From positions 1-59,196 of the forward strand of contig JBBILD010000022.1 in NCBI GenBank assembly GCA_037445065.1: a stretch of DNA of 59,196 nucleotides, in the 5' to 3' direction. Position 1 is the first letter of the stretch. Each line of letters starts with the position of its first letter. Under the pieces are notes generated by a model that saw only the letters and a list, made by a program, of their open reading frames with translations, was not told the origin of the DNA and did no database searches. The stretch is from Myxococcales bacterium. Lineage in GTDB: Bacteria; Desulfobacterota; Binatia; HRBIN30. Positions 37,984-46,599 of this stretch are shown here, piece after piece. Position numbers and translations under genes: made by a program.

Positions 37984-39851
37984 GCTCCCACGATTTGATT
38001 AATGCGCCGCGAGATTTCGCTGACCTTGAACGGAAGCCCCTGGATTTTCGAGAGACCAATCGCGTCAACGAGGTATTCGGTACGCAGCAGCTTGACGAGC
38101 TGACCCATGTTCATCTCCGGGACCAGCACCTTCCGAAAAGACCGAAGGATCCCGCCTAGGTCTGGAGGTAACGGATTGAGGTAGCGCAGGTGTACGTGCG
38201 CGACCGATTTCCCCTCCCGTTGCGCTCCTCGAACCGCGGCCTCAATTGCGCCGAAAGTGCTGCCCCAGCCAACCACCAACAGTTCCCCAGAGGTTGGGCC
38301 GTGGATCTTTGTGGGCGGGATCTCCGCTGCGATCCCTGCCACTTTCCGCGCCCGCACCCTTACCATCTGCTCGTGGTTCATTGGCGCGTAGCTGACGTTA
38401 CCGGTGAGATACTCTTTTTCCAAACCTCCGATCCGGTGTTCCAAGCCAGGTGTACCTGGGATGGCCCAGGGACGCGCCAAGGTAACCGGATCACGCAGAT
38501 AGGGAAAGAATCCCTTAGGTTCCTTGTGAAAGCGCACTGGGATTGAAGGAAGGTCCTCCCAGCGAGGAATTCTCCACGGCTCAGCACCATTGGCGAGATA
38601 TCCGTCGGACAGAACGATCACAGGAGTCATGTATTTGACCGCTAGCCGCACTGCCTCGAGGGCGATGTCAAAGCATTCCGCCGGCGTGGCTGGTGCGAGT
38701 ACCGGGACCGGAGATTCCGAATTCCGCCCATAGAGAGCCATGAGCAGGTCAGCTTGCTCTGTCTTCGTAGGCAACCCGGTACTCGGGCCACCCCGTTGGA
38801 TGTCGAAAATGACCAGCGGCAACTCCACGCTCACAGCGAGGTTAATCGTTTCGGCTTTGAGGCACATTCCCGGCCCGCTCGTCGTCGTAACGCCGATTGC
38901 ACCTCCAAAGGCCGCTCCCAGGGCGGCGCCGATGGCGGCGATCTCGTCCTCGGCTTGGAACGTGTATAACCCGAACTGCTTGAGCGCTGCCAGCTCGTGC
39001 AGAATGTCGCTCGCCGGAGTGATCGGGTAGCTCCCGAGAAACAGGGGTCGGCCGGCTTTCTGCGAAGCTACGACTAGGCCTAGCGCCAGCGCCGTATTGC
39101 CAGTTAGGTTCCGATACACCCCAGGGGACAGTTGCGCCGGTTTGACCTCGTACGCACTGGCAAACATCTCGGCGGTCTCGCCGAAATGATACCCAGCGCG
39201 CAGCACCCGTTGGTTTGCCTCGACAAGTTCCGGTCGCTTCTTGAATCTCTCACGGATCCATTTTTCCGTGGGCTCGATCGGCCGCTGGAACAGCCAAGAC
39301 ACCAACCCGAGAGCGAAAAAGTTCTTGCAACGGCTTACCGTTCGAGCTGGCAACTGAGTATCGGCGAGGGTCGAGGCCGTGAGTCTGGAGATGTCAACCG
39401 CGTAAAGCTGGTACTTTGACAGCGACCCGTCCTGGAGAGGATTACGGTCGTAGCCAGCCTTCTTCAGGTTCTGTTCGTTGAATTGTTCACGGTCCACGAT
39501 CAGGATCCCGTTGGGCTTGAGGTCCCCAACGTTCATCCGCAACGCCGCAGGGTTCATCGCCACGAGCACGTCAAGGTCATCACCCGGTGTGAAAATTTCG
39601 TGACTGGAGAAGTTGACCTGGAAGCCCGACACACCGGCCAGAGTTCCCGCAGGTGCCCGGATTTCGGCCGGAAAATCCGGCAATGTACTGAGATCGTTTC
39701 CCGCAATCGCAGACTCGTTTGTGAATTGCATGCCTGCGACCTGCATTCCGTCGCCTGAGTCGCCGGCAAAACGGATGACCACTGCGTCTCGCTCAACGCG
39801 AGGCTTCTCTTTCCGCGCGACCGAGGGTCCTTCTACTGGAGGTACCGCCAT
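37980..39851 (-). CDS. korA: 2-oxoacid:ferredoxin oxidoreductase alpha(gamma) subunit
   Basis: AGDSGDG, FPAEIRAP, YPITPAS, QAEDEIAA, QRGGPSTGLPT, PEMNMGQL. Confidence 0.93.
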   Translation of the reverse strand: MAVPPVEGPSVARKEKPRVERDAVVIRFAGDSGDGMQVAGMQFTNESAIAGNDLSTLPDFPAEIRAPAGTLAGVSGFQVNFSSHEIFTPGDDLDVLVAMNPAALRMNVGDLKPNGILIVDREQFNEQNLKKAGYDRNPLQDGSLSKYQLYAVDISRLTASTLADTQLPARTVSRCKNFFALGLVSWLFQRPIEPTEKWIRERFKKRPELVEANQRVLRAGYHFGETAEMFASAYEVKPAQLSPGVYRNLTGNTALALGLVVASQKAGRPLFLGSYPITPASDILHELAALKQFGLYTFQAEDEIAAIGAALGAAFGGAIGVTTTSGPGMCLKAETINLAVSVELPLVIFDIQRGGPSTGLPTKTEQADLLMALYGRNSESPVPVLAPATPAECFDIALEAVRLAVKYMTPVIVLSDGYLANGAEPWRIPRWEDLPSIPVRFHKEPKGFFPYLRDPVTLARPWAIPGTPGLEHRIGGLEKEYLTGNVSYAPMNHEQMVRVRARKVAGIAAEIPPTKIHGPTSGELLVVGWGSTFGAIEAAVRGAQREGKSVAHVHLRYLNPLPPDLGGILRSFRKVLVPEMNMGQLVKLLRTEYLVDAIGLSKIQGLPFKVSEISRRINQIVGA

Positions 39852-40083
39852 GCACTGATTTCTCCTTCTTCTTGCGAGGGTCCTACCCCAGGACGGATCG
39901 TTGGGGCGTGGCTTGGCCTCGCTGCTTCAAAGCCGCATGGTACTTTTGGATAGAACGAAATTCAAACCTGGGGTGCGAGAGCCGAAACGAAGAGTGTGGA
40001 AACGGCACGGCACCCAGCGAGACTTGTAGAAGGCTTGCCGAGGGCGATCCGGACTGTTCGGCAATACCCGGAATCCAACCCCG

Positions 40084-42921
40084 TCAGCCTGTGATTGCCG
40101 AGCAGCTCTGTTCGTCCCACTCCGGCCGGAAAAACGTTTCCGTCTTTTGGATCCGCACGCGTCTGGCGTCACCTTCAGTCAAGCCAAGGCACAGGGTCAA
40201 GAGTTGCGTGGGACGAAGTGTCCCCTGTTCTGTCTTGCGGAGGCGCACCCGCAGAATGCTCCCGTCGAACTGCAGAGACAAGATTTGTTCGCGGAGGTTC
40301 CGCGCCCTGGTTCCGTTGCGGTTTTGCACGGAAAACCACAGCTCTGTTGCAGACAAGATGTCTTGGATACGTCGTTGTACCGTTTCTTGATCGAACACTG
40401 CACTGATCGGCGCGAGATCGAAGTCGTAAGCGAAACCCTCGATCCGAGAATCGAGGGAAGGGCCGCGAAGCGGTACTAGCCAGGCGTCCGTGATATGAAT
40501 GCCGGCCGGCAAATGCCGGTTCATAGCGTCGGGAATCCGAGTGTTCGAAACGCATTCCGAGAAAAACACCTCACAGTACTCGGCGGCACTCTCCACTCCA
40601 AACGGCGCGGCTGGACCAAAAGAAATCCGCGGCAGTGGGTGGTGGCCACGGCTAAAGGTCACGGGTAATCGACTCAAGCGAAGGGCGCGATAGAAAGCAT
40701 TGGTGACTTCAAGGGAACCAAGAAACTTTGCCCGCCCCACCTTCTGGTAGCGTAGACGGTAACGAGCTCTTACCACCTCCGCTCCCTGCGTTTCGGATGT
40801 CACCGGGGAAAGCCGATGTTCTCCCTTTGCACCCAGCCATTCCTCAGCATTGCCCATCGGTTGGGGCGATTGGGGCGGCATCGGTGTGTTACGGTATCCT
40901 TGCGCCTGGTCTGCACGTGGTCGAGGGGCATGCGATAACGAGTGCCCTAACAGCTCCGGAGCGTGAACTTTTTTCCAGCCGCGTGGCTCCCAAGCCGGCG
41001 AATCGGCGGGCTCGCCGATGACCGAGCTCGCCCAGGTGCGAATGTTTTCGCCACGATGCTCGGCTGCTTTTGCCCCGGTTATGTGAAAATCAACGTTACG
41101 GATGACCTTGAAGTCGCAGGCGCCGCAGTACGTGCACCGTTGTACACTGCAGTCGGGAGTCAGAGTCCCTTCGAACGCTCTCGCGAGTTCACGATGGAGA
41201 AATTCTTTGCTAACGCCGCTGTCGAGGTGGTCCCAAGGCAACGGCTCGTCCAGGCGACGCCTGCGCAGCTCATGGTCGGGATCGATTTCCGTCTCAGCGA
41301 ATGCCTGAGACCAGAGGTCAAAGCGGCACTGGTCCTGCCAGCCATCGAACCGGCATCCGAGGCGGAATGCATGTTCCAGGGCATTAGCGAGTCGCCGGTC
41401 CCCACGCGAAAACACTCCTTCGAGGGCAGAAAGGCGCACGTCGTGACAGCGGAACACAATGCCGCGCTGCCACAGGCGGGCCCGTAGGAACTCTTGTCGT
41501 CTGCCGAGTTCCGTCGCGTCCACCTGGCGGAGCCACTGGAAGGGTGTGTGCGCTTTGGGAACGAAATTCGAAACGGAGGCTACGACCTCCGCTCCGGGCG
41601 GGGCAACGGCGCGTACACGTGCGCAGAGTTCGACGATGGCATCCAAGTCTTCTTCTGTTTCGGCGGGCAGCCCGATCATGAAGTAGAGCTTAAGGTGCCG
41701 CCAGCCCAAGGAAAAAATGAGTTCGGCCGCCTCGATCAGTTCTGTTTCTTGGTATTCCTTTTGGATGACGTCACGAAGCCGTTGACTGCCTGCTTCCGGC
41801 GCCAGCGTGAAGCCAGTTTTCCGAACCCGACGGATTTGCTCCAGTAGCTGGGGGGCCAGTGCATCTACTCGGGTCGATGGCAACGACACTGCCACTTGGT
41901 CCTTTTGCAGCCGATTCATCAATTCCGCCAGTACCGGATTGATGCAACTGTAGTCGCCGGTGCTCAGACTCAATAACGACAGTTCCTCCTGTCCCGTCCG
42001 CTTTGCTGCCAGAACGGCCTCGTGGAGGACGCGTTGCGGGTTGCGTTCTCGCAGTGGGCGGTAAATGTAGCCAGCCTGGCAGAAACGGCAGCCTTTCACA
42101 CAGCCCCGCATGACTTCGATCGCTGGCCGGTCATGCACGACTTGCGCAGTGGGGACGATGAACGTTTCTCGTACGGGGATCGAATCCAAGTCCGCGACAA
42201 CGCGTTTTCGGACCCGATCTGGCGCCGAGTGGCGTACCGGCTCGGTTCGAACCAGCTCCCCGCGTTGACTGTAAACCGGGCGATAGAAAGCAGGTACGTA
42301 GACTCCACGGACGGAGGCAAGCGCGTCCAGCACGTCGATCCGCCGCCCCGTTCGGCTCGCCTGCAGATAAGCGTCGCAGATTTCGTGAACAGCTTCCTCA
42401 CCATCGCCTAGAAGAACGGCATCTAAGAACTCCGCGAGCGGCTCAGGATTGAAAGCGCAGGGACCGCCTGCGAGCACAATCGGGTGATGGTCGCTGCGCT
42501 CAGCCGAGCGGAGGGGAATCCCCCCAAGCTCGAGCATGCACAACAAGTTGGTGTACGTGAGTTCGTATTGGAGCGTAAATCCGACAATGTGGAATTCGGC
42601 AAGCGGCGTAAACGTCTCGAGTGAGACCAGAGGCAGACCTGCCGCGCGTAACTGCTCCTCTAAGTCCAGCCACGGTGCAAACACCCGCTCGGCGTAAGTA
42701 TCGTGACGCCGGTTCAGAACATCGTACAAGATTTGCAAACCAGGGTAGGACTGCCCGATTTCGTACACATCGGGGAAGGCGAGAGCGAAGCGCAAGCGTA
42801 CCGACTGGGGGTCTTTGATGGCACGGCCGGTCTCCGTGCCCAAGTAGCGAGACGGTTTTTGGACGAAGGGCAGAATGTTTTCGTAGGCTGCCTCCCATCT
42901 CGACCGAACTGAACCACTCAC
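40084..42921 (-). CDS. TIGR03960-type radical SAM protein fused to a TIGR03936/DUF2344-type domain
   Basis: KPSRYLG, FPDVYEIG, RGCVKGCRFC, APEAGSQRLR, LPWDHL, C..CG.C, then FSRGHHPLPRISFG. AAGGAG RBS before GTG 42921. Confidence 0.88.
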   Translation of the reverse strand: MSGSVRSRWEAAYENILPFVQKPSRYLGTETGRAIKDPQSVRLRFALAFPDVYEIGQSYPGLQILYDVLNRRHDTYAERVFAPWLDLEEQLRAAGLPLVSLETFTPLAEFHIVGFTLQYELTYTNLLCMLELGGIPLRSAERSDHHPIVLAGGPCAFNPEPLAEFLDAVLLGDGEEAVHEICDAYLQASRTGRRIDVLDALASVRGVYVPAFYRPVYSQRGELVRTEPVRHSAPDRVRKRVVADLDSIPVRETFIVPTAQVVHDRPAIEVMRGCVKGCRFCQAGYIYRPLRERNPQRVLHEAVLAAKRTGQEELSLLSLSTGDYSCINPVLAELMNRLQKDQVAVSLPSTRVDALAPQLLEQIRRVRKTGFTLAPEAGSQRLRDVIQKEYQETELIEAAELIFSLGWRHLKLYFMIGLPAETEEDLDAIVELCARVRAVAPPGAEVVASVSNFVPKAHTPFQWLRQVDATELGRRQEFLRARLWQRGIVFRCHDVRLSALEGVFSRGDRRLANALEHAFRLGCRFDGWQDQCRFDLWSQAFAETEIDPDHELRRRRLDEPLPWDHLDSGVSKEFLHRELARAFEGTLTPDCSVQRCTYCGACDFKVIRNVDFHITGAKAAEHRGENIRTWASSVIGEPADSPAWEPRGWKKVHAPELLGHSLSHAPRPRADQAQGYRNTPMPPQSPQPMGNAEEWLGAKGEHRLSPVTSETQGAEVVRARYRLRYQKVGRAKFLGSLEVTNAFYRALRLSRLPVTFSRGHHPLPRISFGPAAPFGVESAAEYCEVFFSECVSNTRIPDAMNRHLPAGIHITDAWLVPLRGPSLDSRIEGFAYDFDLAPISAVFDQETVQRRIQDILSATELWFSVQNRNGTRARNLREQILSLQFDGSILRVRLRKTEQGTLRPTQLLTLCLGLTEGDARRVRIQKTETFFRPEWDEQSCSAITG

Positions 42922-43037
42922 GGGTTGCTCCTTTAGCGCGACATGGGCCCGCGACAAGCGAGCGGCACTGGGTCCCACTGGTCAGGGATGCTGCTTTCTC
43001 GTTATTCTGGGCAAAACTCGATTGAGGAGAGAAAAGT

Positions 43038-43646
43038 GTGGCGGCGTCCGTCTTGAACTCGAAAGTGTTAGTGCTGAATCGGTCCTTTTTGCCGGTTCAC
43101 ATCACCTCAGTTAAGCGGGCATTTTGTCTGCTGTACCAGGGGCTCGCTCACGCCGTGGATGAGCAGTACCGGACGTTCGATTTCGAGAGCTGGTCTGCTC
43201 TGTCGGCGAGCATCCATGACGAGAAAATCGGTTGTGTGGACCGGGTCATCCGGGTCCCGCGGGTCATTCTGCTGTTGGCGTATGATCGAGTTCCGAAGCG
43301 GAGGGTTCGGTTCAGTCGTTTCAACATTTACAACCGCGACAGAAACACGTGCCAATACTGTGGGCGCGTATTTCCCCGAAGCGAACTAAACTTGGACCAT
43401 GTTATCCCGCGCTCCCAGGGCGGCCGTTCCACCTGGGAAAACGTCGTGTGCTCGTGCCAAAGCTGCAATCGGAAGAAGGGCGGGCGTACACCTGAACAGG
43501 CGGGAATGAGGCTGCTCCGGCCGCCGAGGAAACCGGAGTGGACGCCGTTCATGCTCGAAACGTTTAGCCTGCGACGATACAAAGAGTGGGTACCGTTCTT
43601 GTCGATGGTGGACGCGGCTTACTGGAACACGGAGCTTCAAGAGTAA
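43038..43646 (+). CDS. HNH endonuclease family protein
   Basis: VLVLN, RD.NTCQYCG, DHVIPRSQGG..WENVV.SC..CN.KK. Confidence 0.9.
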   Translation: MAASVLNSKVLVLNRSFLPVHITSVKRAFCLLYQGLAHAVDEQYRTFDFESWSALSASIHDEKIGCVDRVIRVPRVILLLAYDRVPKRRVRFSRFNIYNRDRNTCQYCGRVFPRSELNLDHVIPRSQGGRSTWENVVCSCQSCNRKKGGRTPEQAGMRLLRPPRKPEWTPFMLETFSLRRYKEWVPFLSMVDAAYWNTELQE

Positions 43647-43651
43647 GTTGT

Positions 43652-46339
43652 TCATCGGTCGGTGGCGGAGAAGTTGCGGGCCTCGATCCGCAGCGCGTAC
43701 GGCGATTCTTCCCCGGTGATCCGAGCGAGTACCTTCATCAACGGATAGGCCGGCTCGACGTCGTGCGCGCCAACGCCGACCGGGGTGAATTCCGATCCTT
43801 GGGCAGACCAAAGTCGCGTGTTCCAGTCTTGAATTCGTTGGCGGGCCTCGGCGTATGCCGGTTCTGCATAGACATCTTGGAGAGAAATCAGCGCGTTGGA
43901 GTCGACGAACACGCGGAGTCCAACTTCCAGGCCTCTGCTCCGGACGGTCGCGACCGCTTCGGGGAGCGGCTTTGGCAAGAGCATCATGTAGTGAGAGCCT
44001 CGCTCGTCGCCTTGCGTAAGGTAAAAGCCGTCCCGCATTAGCGAGAAGATTGGCTCGACCAGTGTTCGAACTCCCAAGAGGACAGGGTCGTCTTTGCCGA
44101 CATACTCTCCCCCGGCAATGACGGCGAGCTTCTCGGTCGACGCGGCGAGAAGCATGCGTCCGAGCAGCTCCCGGATCTTCCGCGGGTCCTCGACCGGCCC
44201 CGGGAGCGCCCAAAGCCGCTTCACGTTGAATAAATTGGTTGCTCCCAGCAAAGCCTGTAAAGCTGGGCGATGGCACCGAGCGTCGAGAAAGATGCGCCGA
44301 TGTGCGTGCACATCGAAGATTTCGAAAGCAATGCTCTCGCCATAAGCAGAGCGGAACCCTGGGTCTTCTAACGCGGTCTCCGCCGCTCGGAACAACGGTA
44401 GATTGAAGGCGGCCGGACCAGCTTTATCTGCTGCAACAAGCGCAAAATCATTTCCTCCGTCAAGTGGGAGTTCGGCAAACCCCGGCCCCTGTCCGGTCAC
44501 GTTTCCAGCGAAGGGTTTCGTAATTCGTGCTGTACTCAGGCCCTGCTGCCAGCGGTGAAAGGACGCCTGTAAACGATCCCAGTGCGACCTTTCCGGGGAA
44601 GGGAGGAAATCGCGGAGCAGCTCGAGGAAGCGTTGACTCGGCTGTGCCAGCTCTTCGACCGCTTTACCTTTCGTGGCTGGACCGATCTTCAGATCCTGCG
44701 CGAGGCCGTACGGTTTGTAACCGATCGTCTGCGTAACCCATACGGTGCGCCAAAAGGTCTGGAAAGCGAACAGGTGGATCTCATTGGCGTCCACTCCCTG
44801 GTCATGGGTCATCAGTAAGTGCAAGTCATCGCCTACGGGAAATGTGTGGCCATCTCGCAAAAGTCCTTTTTCTTCTGCCTCGGCCAGACAAGCCTGCGCA
44901 ACCGAGACAAATACCGTGGGTGGCGCAGTGTGCCCTAATTTCCCTCCTGCGTCGGCTTTGATGTCCGTAAGCGTGCGCCCCCCGGAACGCTCCCGGCAAC
45001 GTTGCACCAGCGGGTCGGCTTCTCCCGACTCAGTTTTGGGGATCGGCTCAAAACAGCCCTCCAACTGCAGCGCTTGTGCCTTGGCGCGCCGTTCCGCTTC
45101 CTCCGCGACGACAAACGGCTGGAACTCTCCGTGTTGGCACATGCACCGCGCCAGTTCCAAAGCTTGTGCCTGAAGCCAGCCGGTTTCCACGGGATCTTGG
45201 GCGAACAGGTCCACAACGTCGTGTGGGGGCGGGATCACGCCATTGTTATAAGATTGGTACGAGTACGCAGCCAGCCTGCATAAGCCTCGACCGGAACGCG
45301 TGGCCCGAGCGTCTGCCAAGCTCACGGGGAGGACGGCGAGGTGGTAGCCATTGTTTGGACCACCGACCGTCAGAGTCGGTTCACCTCCGAGATTGGCGTG
45401 AGCCTCGCCGACAGCGGGCAGCCCGCTCTGTAGCCGCAGTACGCAAGCCGGTCGCACGCCGCCGGACTCTGTGTTTGCCGCGGCCAGACCGACGACCGCG
45501 ACCGGTTCGTGTCGAGTCGGTTGCCATTGGTCAGCGTCGCGGACGAACCGCCCGCGAACCGCATACACTGCGCTAATGGCCCACTCCACAGGGTTGGCGA
45601 TGAGGGAGAGGAGCTCCGCGATGTCTCCGATCTGTTGCCGGCTTACCAACAAAGGAGACTGCGCCAAGGGATAGAGTAAGGCAAGCACCTCCTCCTCGGG
45701 CCGATCGCCGAAAAGAAACACTCTGCGCTCGTTGCTCGCGGGCGTTGCGAGCGCAGGCAAGTGTTCGACCACTGCGACAAACCGGGTACCGTCGAGCCGC
45801 TGATGCGATCCTTTGTCTGGATGGAAGAACAGATTAAAGAGCATCCGATTGAACCCCCCGGGGGCCCCTTCAACGAGTTTGGCGACCAGGATCGCTTCAG
45901 CGCCTCGCTCGGTATATGGAAACGAGAAGAAGCGGAGATTCAGGCGGCGCCACTGCTCCGCCTTCGGGGCAGACAGAAGATCGGAAACCTGGCTAGCCAG
46001 AGGCCCGTCTTTCTGCGCCTCCTTCAGTACTGCAATCACTGCCTGTTGTAACGCGTCGAGAAGCTCGTGGTCTGCGGTTCCCTCCTGAAAAGCGCTGATA
46101 TGAATGAAAAGGTCAACACCCAACGGAAACAGGCGAAAATCGCGCAACGAGCCCTTGTCTCGTAGGCGCGCTAACGTCTGGCGGCCTGTCTCCACGACTC
46201 GCTGTGGAATTTCAACCGGGTTGCCGAGAAGCCAGGCGATCTCGACACTGGCAATTCCTAGAACAACGCGAGCTTTAGCCTGCTCGGAATTCCAACCTTG
46301 GAATTCGGAATAGATCCTTTTGACCTGCTCCTTGTTCAT
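43652..46339 (-). CDS. Tandem-duplicated class V fructose-1,6-bisphosphate aldolase/phosphatase-like protein
   Basis: C-half: IKADAGG..GH, VGDDLHLLMTH, YGLAQDL, FAGNVTGQGPG, ADK, YVGKDDP, RGSH. N-half: degenerate copy with ERGAE, PGGFN..LF..F..P, RLQSGLPAVGE, HGEFQP. AGGAGGAG RBS before ATG 46339. Confidence 0.85.
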   Translation of the reverse strand: MNKEQVKRIYSEFQGWNSEQAKARVVLGIASVEIAWLLGNPVEIPQRVVETGRQTLARLRDKGSLRDFRLFPLGVDLFIHISAFQEGTADHELLDALQQAVIAVLKEAQKDGPLASQVSDLLSAPKAEQWRRLNLRFFSFPYTERGAEAILVAKLVEGAPGGFNRMLFNLFFHPDKGSHQRLDGTRFVAVVEHLPALATPASNERRVFLFGDRPEEEVLALLYPLAQSPLLVSRQQIGDIAELLSLIANPVEWAISAVYAVRGRFVRDADQWQPTRHEPVAVVGLAAANTESGGVRPACVLRLQSGLPAVGEAHANLGGEPTLTVGGPNNGYHLAVLPVSLADARATRSGRGLCRLAAYSYQSYNNGVIPPPHDVVDLFAQDPVETGWLQAQALELARCMCQHGEFQPFVVAEEAERRAKAQALQLEGCFEPIPKTESGEADPLVQRCRERSGGRTLTDIKADAGGKLGHTAPPTVFVSVAQACLAEAEEKGLLRDGHTFPVGDDLHLLMTHDQGVDANEIHLFAFQTFWRTVWVTQTIGYKPYGLAQDLKIGPATKGKAVEELAQPSQRFLELLRDFLPSPERSHWDRLQASFHRWQQGLSTARITKPFAGNVTGQGPGFAELPLDGGNDFALVAADKAGPAAFNLPLFRAAETALEDPGFRSAYGESIAFEIFDVHAHRRIFLDARCHRPALQALLGATNLFNVKRLWALPGPVEDPRKIRELLGRMLLAASTEKLAVIAGGEYVGKDDPVLLGVRTLVEPIFSLMRDGFYLTQGDERGSHYMMLLPKPLPEAVATVRSRGLEVGLRVFVDSNALISLQDVYAEPAYAEARQRIQDWNTRLWSAQGSEFTPVGVGAHDVEPAYPLMKVLARITGEESPYALRIEARNFSATDR

Positions 46340-46599
46340 CGAGCGCTCCTCCTGATCTCTGACCCCTAATCGCTTCCTGCATGGGGCGTGCTCTGTCTCC
46401 CGGCTCCCTATTTTCCTCTGGTTGAGCAAGGGCGCAACGCGGTTTTCTACGTACCACAAGCTCCGAGTGCGGGGGAATAACTCGGGTTTTGGGAAGAAGA
46501 AACACAGAGCATCCCCCTGCGCGCCGCAGACCTTGCAGCCATTGACAGAAACTGTGAACTTGTAGTTCAAGTGCGGTGTCAACCGGCGCGAGTGGTGGC

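Noticed and set aside
43038..43646. HNH gene as a mobile element or defence system
   Set aside because: Solitary small HNH of a widespread type with no methyltransferase, intron or intein context, terminal repeats or obvious compositional shift.
46340..46582. N-terminal 81-aa extension of the FBP aldolase/phosphatase ORF
   Set aside because: A strong AGGAGGAG RBS precedes ATG 46339. The upstream stretch is better explained as the divergent promoter region shared with smc.
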